From positions 13,876 to 77,875 of IMG/VR virus record IMGVR_UViG_2921119228_000004: a DNA stretch of 64,000 nucleotides; one strand, given 5' to 3'. Source of the DNA: a virus. Taxonomy: Duplodnaviria; Caudoviricetes. The notes under the pieces were generated by a model. The model did no database searches. It saw only the letters and a program-made list of their open reading frames with translations, and had not been told where the DNA came from. A program made the position numbers and the translations under genes. Positions 1 to 8,958 of this stretch are shown here, piece after piece. How positions within the stretch are numbered: the stretch's first letter is position 1; the number at the start of each line of letters is the position of its first letter.

Positions 1-1845
1 ATCAATGTCAAATCCCAACCAACACGAATAATCATGATATTCCCGTATACCAGACAATAAACCTGATTGCAAAAAATGGGATTTGAGCCTATGATATTGC
101 TCTCTTGCAAATACTGAATCTATCTGCGTGAGGTATAGACAGTTTAATGCGGAGTACGAGCCTTTCACCGGGGCGGCTTTAAACGGTATGCCATCCTCAC
201 TCAAAAATGAGACAAGTAGGCCTGTTTCTTTGTCAAGCCATTCAGATTTAGCCTTTCGTACCCATTTACGTACCGTAGAAATATATTTTCCCTTGTTTAA
301 TTTCGAGTAATTATTCAGTGCGACAATCGCAACAAGCATATCAGGGACATATATACATTCGCTTGGATATGTTGGTAAGTTTAGACTTTTACTTCGAAGA
401 AGCCGACGATTCATAGTTCCGCAAAGATCATCAAACAAGTTATTATATTTATCATTTCCTCCGGCCATCTTATACTCGCTTATCATCCACGCAAGATGAC
501 TGATATATGAAATATGACTCCTGTCACCATCCAATGTTTCCAGAGGATCCTCGCCCCAACGCTCAGCATCATATTTTCTCAACTCAAAGGAAAGTACCAT
601 CTCAATAAGATTATCTATGTTCTCTAGATTCTCTGTTTTTGTTTCGGGATAAAGTTTCGACATATTGAATAAGGCTGCCGCCAGCATTGAACAAGAATAC
701 AACGCCCACTCACCTTGAAATTGCGTTCCAATTCCTTCTGGCATTTCACACAACAACGCACGTGGTGAAGTTACTACACGATCGATCAGGAAATCCCGAC
801 GTTGAATGAGTTCCCCCTTCTCATCCTCCCATGTACCATTATCAGTACACGACCAGTAAACCCATAATATTTTGACCAATATAAATGCAACCATCACCAC
901 TGCGATTTTAATTGATTTGTGTATCAAATCAATATTGTCTCGTATAATATCTACATATTTCTCAGGCTCAACCGTTTCACGCTTGGGTTGCAAGCACGAA
1001 CAGGGCAAACTAATCTTATTTTGCCATTCATTGTCAAGATAATCCTCAAAACGGATGACGACCTTCAACAGATCATCGGATAAACGTTTCTGGCACTCTT
1101 TAATAATGTATTCAGGAATTGGATAAACACAAGCCGCTATTGCGCCAGCTATAGCACCTTGCGTATCAGCGTCACCACCGAGTGACACGGCATTTCTTAT
1201 CGCATCTTCATAACTATCGGCTTCTAAAAATGCGATGATAGCCTCAGGCACGCTACCTTGGCAAGATACATCAAATTCATATCGGGGCCGAATCTCATTC
1301 AATGTACGGTTCATGTTATATTCGAACTGATTGGTAACAAAATCTCTTATGTGTACTTTTAATTCGTCTATTTCCCCAGTCCAATGTAGCGCAATGAATA
1401 TACTTGCAGCTACAGCCTGCGCTCCCTTTATAGCTTCCGGATGATTGTGTGATACTGCGGCTGTTTGTTTCGCTAAGCGCAAGCATTCATCCAAAGTCTT
1501 AGCAACAAGGCCTACCGCACTAACACGCATAGCGGAACCATTCCCCCATGAGTTATAGGGGGTTGGATCATTACATAACCAATTGCAGAAAAGGCCACCG
1601 TAGCCAACAGCCGGATAACGGTTGCCAAATTCACACATAGTGTCTACAAGCGTGTATTCTGAGCGGGTGACATCCTCCATTAGCCATCGTGCGATAGCTA
1701 ATGTCATCACCGTATCGTCTGTAAAACAGGCACCATACGGAAATAACTCGAAGTCTTTGCTCTTGACAGAACGAAACTCATACATCGAACCTATAATATC
1801 ACCAGCAATCGCTCCATAGATAGTTCTGTAAGTATTTTTCATCAT
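1..1845 (-). CDS. ADP-ribosylglycohydrolase fused via a TM segment to an uncharacterised C-terminal domain (3'-partial, runs off window)
   Basis: Manually translated; absent from the ORF track because it has no stop in the window. MMKNTYRTIYGAIAGDIIGS, FTDDT, WGNGSAMRVS, HNHPE, LGGDADTQGAIAG are ARH motifs; frame stays open to base 1 (615 codons). Confidence 0.85.
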   Translation of the reverse strand, partial: MMKNTYRTIYGAIAGDIIGSMYEFRSVKSKDFELFPYGACFTDDTVMTLAIARWLMEDVTRSEYTLVDTMCEFGNRYPAVGYGGLFCNWLCNDPTPYNSWGNGSAMRVSAVGLVAKTLDECLRLAKQTAAVSHNHPEAIKGAQAVAASIFIALHWTGEIDELKVHIRDFVTNQFEYNMNRTLNEIRPRYEFDVSCQGSVPEAIIAFLEADSYEDAIRNAVSLGGDADTQGAIAGAIAACVYPIPEYIIKECQKRLSDDLLKVVIRFEDYLDNEWQNKISLPCSCLQPKRETVEPEKYVDIIRDNIDLIHKSIKIAVVMVAFILVKILWVYWSCTDNGTWEDEKGELIQRRDFLIDRVVTSPRALLCEMPEGIGTQFQGEWALYSCSMLAAALFNMSKLYPETKTENLENIDNLIEMVLSFELRKYDAERWGEDPLETLDGDRSHISYISHLAWMISEYKMAGGNDKYNNLFDDLCGTMNRRLLRSKSLNLPTYPSECIYVPDMLVAIVALNNYSKLNKGKYISTVRKWVRKAKSEWLDKETGLLVSFLSEDGIPFKAAPVKGSYSALNCLYLTQIDSVFAREQYHRLKSHFLQSGLLSGIREYHDYSCWLGFDID

Positions 1846-2119
1846 GGCTAACTTCTCTCTATACATAAATTCTTTAACACAAAGATTGCAAAAAACCTCG
1901 ATTTACCATCGGTAACTTGTTTCATTTTCGACCTACCACCAAGGATCTTGTATGGCGAAAATCATTCCGACTCCAATTATCGAAGTCCCTCCATATCACA
2001 TATATGCCTTATTCTCTCTAGGATCTATATCCATAAAGAAGTAAATTCCATCATCTAATTCTCATCGAATGGGAAATCACCATCTTCCGATATACTCCAA
2101 TGAGCCGGGGGATTCGTCT

Positions 2120-2683
2120 TCATCCTTTGTTGGAACTCTCCGTTTCACTACCCGAATCAAGCCTAATGTCAACCTCATCCGTATCCCCATTTCGGCCATG
2201 AGAATTTACAATCTTGTATGCTGCCCCTATCCCTACCTTGCTTGAAAGATCTCTTCGGTTATAGAAAGGCTTATTGACGCACTTACATACCAATGAACAG
2301 ATATATACTAAGTAAATAAGAGAGATTAGAGATAACAGCGTATCAATCCCTGTCCAGTCTCTATTAATAGCATTGAGATCTATTATCAGGCTATCAAGGT
2401 TATGGATGAAGCGATGCGGATCGAGCGTACAGGCATCCACCAAGAAAAGAAAAGAGACTGGGGATAACAGCACAAATAGCGCCCTTCTTAGACTAGCCTG
2501 CCGCCACTTCCGCTCAATCCATACGTACAATGGTGGAAAACAACACCACGAGACCAAAGAAACCAACCAAAGACAAAAAGACTTAAATGTCCATCGCACC
2601 GGCCTTGTCTTAAATGCAAGGATTATAAAAACCGATAATTCAAAGATAATCAAACTTATACAAGCTAACACCAAAAACACCAT
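2120..2683 (-). CDS. hypothetical membrane protein
   Basis: 187-aa ORF with several hydrophobic stretches. Confidence 0.55.
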   Translation of the reverse strand: MVFLVLACISLIIFELSVFIILAFKTRPVRWTFKSFCLWLVSLVSWCCFPPLYVWIERKWRQASLRRALFVLLSPVSFLFLVDACTLDPHRFIHNLDSLIIDLNAINRDWTGIDTLLSLISLIYLVYICSLVCKCVNKPFYNRRDLSSKVGIGAAYKIVNSHGRNGDTDEVDIRLDSGSETESSNKG

Positions 2684-3048
2684 AACGCCTCAAATTAGGA
2701 ACAACTTATTTAATACCATAGTACACACTATCGAATAGAAGATCAAAAACCTCGTTTTTACCATATTCACAACTTTACCGCTTTCTTTTAATTAGTGTTA
2801 TTTGCATTCAGGCCGTTTCTTTTGCCCTCTAAGACACGATATAGGACGGATCTATAAATAACCCCTTTATCAGTTATCACCCCTTATTCGCAAGGAATAG
2901 GCTCATGTTTCATATCCTCATCGCCAAGCACCACAAGAGAAAACGGGGCTGGTGTCCCCGCCGCCGCCTTCCGCATCCACTCGCAGCCTCCTCCTTTGGT
3001 GCCGCCCCGATCCACGCCAAATAAAGCCATTCGTACCCCAAATACCTC

Positions 3049-3250
3049 CTAAAGATCATCCTTGAATATAGTAGGATTCAATTCAACCGGGGATCTCCAC
3101 TCTATTCGATAGTCCTCCCATAAAAAACGTTTCATCACTTGCCAATACTCAAAACATGAGACCGGGGTACGAAACCAGCTACCAGAATCAATTTTTTATC
3201 AGAGAAGTAAGATCGTAGCTTTTCCGCCAACTCCTTCTCTATTGGCAAAC
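3049..3250 (-). pseudogene. possible frameshifted small hypothetical gene
   Basis: One frame reads IEKELAEKLRSYFSDKK; after an A6 run another frame reads SCFEYWQVMKRFLWEDYRIEWRSPVELNP-stop, which looks like a protein C-terminus. Confidence 0.3.
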
Positions 3251-3253
3251 ACC

Positions 3254-3802
3254 TTAACTGTGATCTATTTGTTGACGTAAACGTTTCACAAGCCAACTAT
3301 GATGATCGTAAAAAGCTCCAACAAATAAAATATCCTCATTACTATTTTTATTCTCCTCATAAAGTCGCGCTAATCTATAGAAACATTCTCCCATATCATA
3401 TAACATAAAAGGTTCTACAACTATACATAAATATAAATATCTCGAGATATATTGCTTTGTTCTAGGGTAATCGGAATGAAGCAAATGATATAAATCATAA
3501 TCCCAGCCTTCTTGTCGAAGAAGGTATAGAGCTTCAAAGCCTCCATTAGTAGGCAAATGTAACTTTTCAGCTATTTGTGTCAAGAAAGAATCTATCTTTT
3601 TTAACTTCAAATCAAAATCAAAGTCAAGACCTCGTTTTTCTACAAATATTGTTCCAAACCATATATCAAACATCAATAGTTCAAATTTGCCCGCATTGGT
3701 AAGCCCCCCAGGAAAATTAAAGTTCTCCATTCCCTCTAATGCCACTTTAAATATAGCATTCAATGTAGCCTCTTCTATCTTTCTTCTTAAAAAGCCAAAC
3801 AT
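3254..3802 (-). CDS. hypothetical protein
   Basis: 182-aa ORF in a co-oriented run of ORFs. Confidence 0.65.
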   Translation of the reverse strand: MFGFLRRKIEEATLNAIFKVALEGMENFNFPGGLTNAGKFELLMFDIWFGTIFVEKRGLDFDFDLKLKKIDSFLTQIAEKLHLPTNGGFEALYLLRQEGWDYDLYHLLHSDYPRTKQYISRYLYLCIVVEPFMLYDMGECFYRLARLYEENKNSNEDILFVGAFYDHHSWLVKRLRQQIDHS

Positions 3803-3827
3803 ATCTATATATTTTTACAAATAATCA

Positions 3828-4109
3828 TCAAACATGTCCATTACAAGCATAACCTATTGATAAGCAAATCGCAGCTAATATCATAGAAAAAACAAGCGCT
3901 CTAAAAATGTTCCATAAAGGCCCAATCTTTCGTTCTGCGGTAGTATCTATTTCATCTATCTTATTCATGATACCTTTTGTGCTTTCTGTGTGAATATTAG
4001 AGATCTCTTTCGCTGATCCAAGGATAGATTCCATCTTACAAAGATCTTGATATTCACATTGCATACAATCTTTTACATTCGGGTTTGATAAGTTCTTTCT
4101 ACATTTCAT
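3828..4109 (-). CDS. hypothetical protein with N-terminal Cys cluster and C-terminal TM helix
   Basis: CxxCxxxxxC near N-terminus; hydrophobic C-terminus. Confidence 0.6.
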   Translation of the reverse strand: MKCRKNLSNPNVKDCMQCEYQDLCKMESILGSAKEISNIHTESTKGIMNKIDEIDTTAERKIGPLWNIFRALVFSMILAAICLSIGYACNGHV

Positions 4110-4120
4110 AAGTACTATAT

Positions 4121-4468
4121 TTAAAATGTTATATTAAGTTGTTCCTTTACTTGTTCTTTTATATTCAATAACTGTTGATAGTCTGTCTTATATTTAGTGA
4201 TATTTTGATATATCCCTGTTGCTATCTCTTTTTGTGTTGGCTCAATAAATCGATCTGGATGGCACTTCACTTTCAAAAGATCATATAATCGTTTTGATAG
4301 AAAAAGATTATTCATAACGGCATCCATACTGATTTCTTGATTTCTACATGACATTATCTTTTCTTTAAAAGAATCGTCTTTATGATTCTCTCTTTTCTTA
4401 CTAAAATTCCTCAATATCTTCCACACGACAATGCTCCTCCTATATTTGAAAATTTCTTTAATTCCCAT
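4121..4468 (-). CDS. small J-domain-like protein
   Basis: LYDLLKVKCHPDRF contains the HPD motif in a helical context. Confidence 0.6.
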   Translation of the reverse strand: MGIKEIFKYRRSIVVWKILRNFSKKRENHKDDSFKEKIMSCRNQEISMDAVMNNLFLSKRLYDLLKVKCHPDRFIEPTQKEIATGIYQNITKYKTDYQQLLNIKEQVKEQLNITF

Positions 4469-4821
4469 TTGAGTCCCCTTTTCCCTACTGAATCATGAAC
4501 CTCTAAAGTATCCCAACCTAATGAAATCAAGTGCCTCACTAACATTTCATCCGATAGTATGACAAGACCTATTTGCATTTGTTCCTCACGAGTAAGAGCT
4601 GTTCCTGAAAGTGCTTTGATTCTAAATCCTCCAGATAAGAATTTTGAGAATTCATGTCGATAACTAATTTCGCCAACAGATGTTCTTGCCTCAATTAAAG
4701 TTGGGGTTATACCCAATATATAAGCATTTTTAGCTGCATTATTAAACGAAGATAACAGTTCTCTTCTATCTGTTACGTTAGAGAACCAATCCACAATACG
4801 AGACCAGATATTTTGAATCAT
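4411..4821 (-). CDS. hypothetical protein (start more likely MIQNIW at 4821 than 4950)
   Basis: The upstream ORF extension overlaps a structured leader. Confidence 0.6.
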   Translation of the reverse strand: MIQNIWSRIVDWFSNVTDRRELLSSFNNAAKNAYILGITPTLIEARTSVGEISYRHEFSKFLSGGFRIKALSGTALTREEQMQIGLVILSDEMLVRHLISLGWDTLEVHDSVGKRGLKWELKKFSNIGGALSCGRY

Positions 4822-4871
4822 AAAAAAACAAGTTGTTCCTCCCTGTCCCCTTCGTTCGGTGGTTTTTAAAT

Positions 4872-5059
4872 AAAAAGCGTAGGGACTATTGATATTATCA
4901 CATTTGAGGCTCTGGACTGCCCATCGAACGATAATATACAATAGCCCCACGCTTTATGAGCGTATATAGTTCTCCCGTAAAGGAAATATATAACGACATA
5001 AGCGCAGGAGCATCTTGGCTATTATCCCGCTCGATGAAATTGTCCAGATTCCAAATGTG
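4872..5059 (-). promoter_or_regulatory. candidate structured 5' leader (nested hairpin with alternative terminator-like pairing)
   Basis: Nested inverted repeats CACATTTG/CAAATGTG, TCTGGAC/GTCCAGA, CATCGA/TCGATG, GATAATA/TATTATC; GCGTGGGGCTATTG can alternatively pair with CAATAGTCCCTACGC followed by T5; TAnnTTTG promoter at 5101-5108. Confidence 0.55.
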
Positions 5060-5330
5060 AGATAATATCTTAACGCTTCTACGTTATTTTCAATACATCG
5101 CAAATGTATTACATATAAAACAAAAGGCAAAGAAAATCGCAGAGAATCTTATTTAAAGCTACTCACAAAACATTTCAAGAAAACATATAGGAATATAGGG
5201 GCGGGGTTATATAGCCTAAAACGGGCTTAAAAACGCCTTATACGCCAACGATACACTATCGTATAGCAGTTTGCCGAAAAGTACGAGATTGGTAACTTGG
5301 TTGATAGTGATCGTATTAAAAATGAGAGAG

Positions 5331-5383
5331 GCGAAAGATACCACCTCCTCGGAAATATCCCCCACCTCTCTAAATTTATTTGA
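5331..5383. repeat. 53-bp direct repeat, copy 1
   Basis: gcgaaagataccacctcctcggaaatatcccccacctctctaaatttatttga; 51/53 identical to 6161-6213. Confidence 0.9.
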
Positions 5384-5427
5384 TATCCCCCCCAATAAAG
5401 GGTTATTTTCTAAAACAATACATTGAG

Positions 5428-5769
5428 TTATTTACAGAGCAACCGTTCTATCTTATCCTTAAGCGGAAATAGATCTGTTTGAATGGTTCCCCACACAATC
5501 TCATCCCGAATCTGATAATATCCATGCACCAACACATGGCGCATGCCTATGACCTCATTCCATGCGATCTCTTGATGTTCCTCCCGAAATTCCTTTGTAA
5601 TCAAATAAGCAGCCTCCCCTACAATCTCCAAATTCTTGATGACCGCAAAACGCAATATCTTGTTCCTTGAATACTCCTCAAAAGTCACATCTGTCGTGAA
5701 CTCAATGACATTATTTATCGCCTCCAGCATATGCCGTAGACGTGTATCGTCTTTAGGCTTCTCTCTCAT
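5428..5769 (-). CDS. HEPN (DUF86/HepT-like) RNase toxin
   Basis: LEIVGEAA and GMRHVLVHGY (RxxxxH); overlaps MNT gene. Confidence 0.9.
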   Translation of the reverse strand: MREKPKDDTRLRHMLEAINNVIEFTTDVTFEEYSRNKILRFAVIKNLEIVGEAAYLITKEFREEHQEIAWNEVIGMRHVLVHGYYQIRDEIVWGTIQTDLFPLKDKIERLLCK

Positions 5770-6049
5770 ATATCAATATTTTATCCCGATCTACAGAAGA
5801 AACGGCGAAATCCTTCAATTGTCCTTCCTCCACCAAGTCAACCTTACGATGCAACAATTGGCTTAGAGCTTCCACCATACCCGCATACTTGAATAATGTA
5901 ATACGAGCGTGGGAGTCAAAACGAACCAGAATATCAATATCGCTATCCTTCGTCTCCTCTCCACGTGAACAGGAACCAAACACCCATGCTTTCTCTATTG
6001 GTTGCAAAGAGAAAAAGCCTCTTAGCTTATTAATTATCTGTTGTTTCAT
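5753..6049 (-). CDS. minimal nucleotidyltransferase (MNT) antitoxin
   Basis: VFGSCSRGEETKDSDIDILV (GS..DxD) and RKVDLV motifs; TAnnTTTG promoter at 6071-6078. Confidence 0.9.
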   Translation of the reverse strand: MKQQIINKLRGFFSLQPIEKAWVFGSCSRGEETKDSDIDILVRFDSHARITLFKYAGMVEALSQLLHRKVDLVEEGQLKDFAVSSVDRDKILIYEREA

Positions 6050-6160
6050 CTTTTAGTGATTACCTCACGCAAATATAACGAACATTTTCTAAATTCCGTT
6101 TTATCGTGATTCTTTTTTGGAAAATCATTTACAGAACAATATCCTCTAAAAACAAAAGAA

Positions 6161-6213
6161 GCGAGAGATACCACCTCCCCGGAAATATCCCCCACCTCTC
6201 TAAATTTATTTGA
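6161..6213. repeat. 53-bp direct repeat, copy 2
   Basis: gcgagagataccacctccccggaaatatcccccacctctctaaatttatttga. Confidence 0.9.
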
Positions 6214-6309
6214 CAGATCCCCGACAAGGGTATTATTTCCTACATTTTATTAGGAAAAAACTAAGCCTAAATACGTTGTAAGCCTCAAATATGGGCAAAA
6301 CAATGATAT

Positions 6310-7323
6310 TTAATCAAATCTCTTTAACTTCAAAAATGACCTGAATTTCACATCAAATTCTTCTATCTCTGGGCCAACGTCTTTTCCTTGAGAAGAGAAA
6401 CAACACCTCTTGATCTTCTCTATAATAGACTTGTAGGCTCTTTGCGTCAATTTTCCATCACGCACACGAGCCTTCAATCTAGACCTCAACGGATCAAATC
6501 CATTACGATTAACAGACTCACGTAAGGTACTATTTAGCAAACTTCTTACTCCATCTATCTTATCAAGCGGCAAAGACTCTTTACTCACCTTGACTTTGGA
6601 ATAACAAGACAAGAACCGATCCAGCAAATCATTCCAAAAGCTAGGATCATATAACATTGACGCAGTAACCGATTTCCCAAAGCACTTCCTAACTTTCTTT
6701 ATCCGAAACTCGCATCGAGCTATATTCTTATTATTACTCCCCTGTTCCTTTCCTTTATCGTAAAACGAAAGTTCTTTCTCTGCTGTTTGAAACGTAATTC
6801 CTGTAGGATATGAAAGACGCCTAAAATAAGGTAAATCTAACATCCGATTGAAATATTCTATTGGAGACCGCTGTAACTCCAAATCCATTGCTGAATCCAT
6901 TCTAGTCACAGTGACCTTATCCATAGGGATGTTTAAATCCTCTCCTATCCCCTCAATGGCTTTCCGTACGTCCTCTAAAGGGAAATCGTGCATGTTGGTA
7001 CCGTAGTAATACTTACATAAGCTACAAGCATTGATTTTTAGAATATGAGTATTTACATACACATTATACCCCTTATATTTCCCACGTACATAAGGGAGGC
7101 CATCATTACCAATACAATCACTTCTATCCATCAAATATGGCGACACTTCCGCTAACAAATCTATTTCTGGAACATCTTTCTGATTAAGAACAAAGTCAAC
7201 CGTATCATATAACATATGACCATGTACCATATCATGAACCATACTACTATATTCAGTACATGAATCATGTCCTTCCTTACAGCTTGATAGATACACATAG
7301 TATTTAGAAGCTATCTCATCCAT
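6310..7323 (-). CDS. Rep_trans / gene II-X-like rolling-circle replication initiator
   Basis: VTRMDSAMDL, LSFYDKGKE and IARCEFRI match Rep_trans-type motifs. Confidence 0.7.
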   Translation of the reverse strand: MDEIASKYYVYLSSCKEGHDSCTEYSSMVHDMVHGHMLYDTVDFVLNQKDVPEIDLLAEVSPYLMDRSDCIGNDGLPYVRGKYKGYNVYVNTHILKINACSLCKYYYGTNMHDFPLEDVRKAIEGIGEDLNIPMDKVTVTRMDSAMDLELQRSPIEYFNRMLDLPYFRRLSYPTGITFQTAEKELSFYDKGKEQGSNNKNIARCEFRIKKVRKCFGKSVTASMLYDPSFWNDLLDRFLSCYSKVKVSKESLPLDKIDGVRSLLNSTLRESVNRNGFDPLRSRLKARVRDGKLTQRAYKSIIEKIKRCCFSSQGKDVGPEIEEFDVKFRSFLKLKRFD

Positions 7324-7609
7324 TCTTACGTCCTCCCTTCTTTCCTTCTAAAGTATTCTCGATATCGGAAATAGCATAAAGGACACGTCTTCCTATTCGT
7401 TGAGCGGGAATCATTCCTTGTCTTGTCCAATCGGCCAAAGTTGGCAAAGAAATCCGCAACATCTTCGCAGCCTCCGTACGAGTAAGAAGCCGGATAGAAT
7501 CTTCGCTCTTCTGAAGCTTTAGATCATCTAATATATCATCTAATACTTTACGTACTACAGCTTCAATATCTGAAAGTGAAGCCTGTTGGATTAATATACT
7601 TTGTTTCAT
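7316..7609 (-). CDS. helix-turn-helix excisionase-like protein (start likely MKQSIL)
   Basis: LLTRTEAAKMLRISLPTLADWTRQGMIPAQRIGRRVLY (HTH_17 type). Confidence 0.85.
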   Translation of the reverse strand: MKQSILIQQASLSDIEAVVRKVLDDILDDLKLQKSEDSIRLLTRTEAAKMLRISLPTLADWTRQGMIPAQRIGRRVLYAISDIENTLEGKKGGRKNG

Positions 7610-7689
7610 TAACAAATAATTTAAATTAATGGCACAAAGTTTATCAATCACACATTTCCACTTTTTCCATTATTTCCAAATGGAAATAA

Positions 7690-8958
7690 CTATTTAGAGA
7701 AATGAGCACAAATAAGCTTAAAATTCGAGATTTCTTCTTTCGAAAGTCCTTCAATCCCCTTTTTCTCTATCTCACGTAAATTTCTCTCAGTAACACTATT
7801 TTCTCCTATTGACGCTTTACTAACTACGACATTAAAATAGTCATAAAAGATGCGTGCTACAATTATCATTTTACTATATCTAAGAATCTCCTGGTCTTTC
7901 ATGAATATTATTAATTTGGCCAAATGATTCTTCGTCTTATGGACATACCGCTGTTCTCTTACGATATTAAACTCCTCCAGTTTCTCTATCAGTTTATGTA
8001 CAACATCCTCGTTATAGCCGTTAAATAGGTTGTAGAACCTATCTTCCTTATATGATGATTTATCGCCACCCTTATCAGAAACATTTGACAGTTCACTTTG
8101 AGAGTAATTCAACGGTTCTTTTTGAGAAACACCCGACGAATCATCAAGAATATCATTTTCACCATAGCTTGATGACCTATCGCTACCCTTATCAGAAACA
8201 TTTGACAGTTCACTTTGAGAGTAATTCAACGGTTCTTTTTGAGAAATATCCAACGAATTATCATGAATATCACTTTCACCATAGCTTGATGATCTATCGC
8301 TACCGTTATCAGAAACATTTGACAGTTCACTTTGAGAGTAATTCAATAGTTCATCTTGAGAATCATCTGACGAATCATCAATAATATCACTTTCACTATA
8401 AATACATCTTTGTACCCCTATCGTATCAGAATGGGGTTTGAAGAACTTTAACCAATAGCAAAAGAACGTACCATGCCTTTTTTGGCAATCAATTAGAACA
8501 TTTCGCAAATTAATATCATATCGTTCAAAAGCTTCTGTGACATCTGAGAAGAAAATTGGTATAACAAACTTTTGAAATACTTTGGAATGAAAAATGGGAT
8601 GATTTAGCTGTATTTCATATAAACGCTGTAATATTTCCTCCGCATAGACCATTCTAGCTTTAGGATCCATCCCTAACAATCGAGATTTTATTGCATCTAC
8701 ATATTTTACACGTAATTTCTCACAATGTTGACCAACCGCAAAAGTTAAACCCAAATTCACACAAGCCTCATTCGATCTATTGTCCGAATCATCAGAGTAT
8801 GCAATATCGTTATTGATATTATTATCAACAGAAACAAACAAATCTTTCCCATCAATGATTTTAGTTCTGGGGTCATAGATATACTCTTCCCCAAATTTAT
8901 GTATAACATCTAGAATATCATCACAATACGATCTTACATTTTCCATAAAAATAATCAA
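7690..8958 (-). CDS. hypothetical protein with three 39-aa Ser/Asp-rich tandem repeats
   Basis: 422-aa ORF between integrase and excisionase. Confidence 0.75.
   Translation of the reverse strand: MIIFMENVRSYCDDILDVIHKFGEEYIYDPRTKIIDGKDLFVSVDNNINNDIAYSDDSDNRSNEACVNLGLTFAVGQHCEKLRVKYVDAIKSRLLGMDPKARMVYAEEILQRLYEIQLNHPIFHSKVFQKFVIPIFFSDVTEAFERYDINLRNVLIDCQKRHGTFFCYWLKFFKPHSDTIGVQRCIYSESDIIDDSSDDSQDELLNYSQSELSNVSDNGSDRSSSYGESDIHDNSLDISQKEPLNYSQSELSNVSDKGSDRSSSYGENDILDDSSGVSQKEPLNYSQSELSNVSDKGGDKSSYKEDRFYNLFNGYNEDVVHKLIEKLEEFNIVREQRYVHKTKNHLAKLIIFMKDQEILRYSKMIIVARIFYDYFNVVVSKASIGENSVTERNLREIEKKGIEGLSKEEISNFKLICAHFSK
8050..8400. repeat. 117-bp coding tandem repeat, about 3 copies
   Basis: acatttgacagttcactttgagagtaattcaa recurs at 8081, 8198 and 8315. 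Confidence 0.9.

Noticed and set aside
2700-5330. Left attachment site of the small integrative element
   Set aside because: I could not find a repeat of the tRNA 3' end, so the boundary is left unassigned.
8050-8400. CRISPR array, or the + strand ORF 8052-8384
   Set aside because: The units are near-identical over their whole 117 bp with no unique spacers and are in frame in the - strand gene; the + ORF is its antisense shadow.
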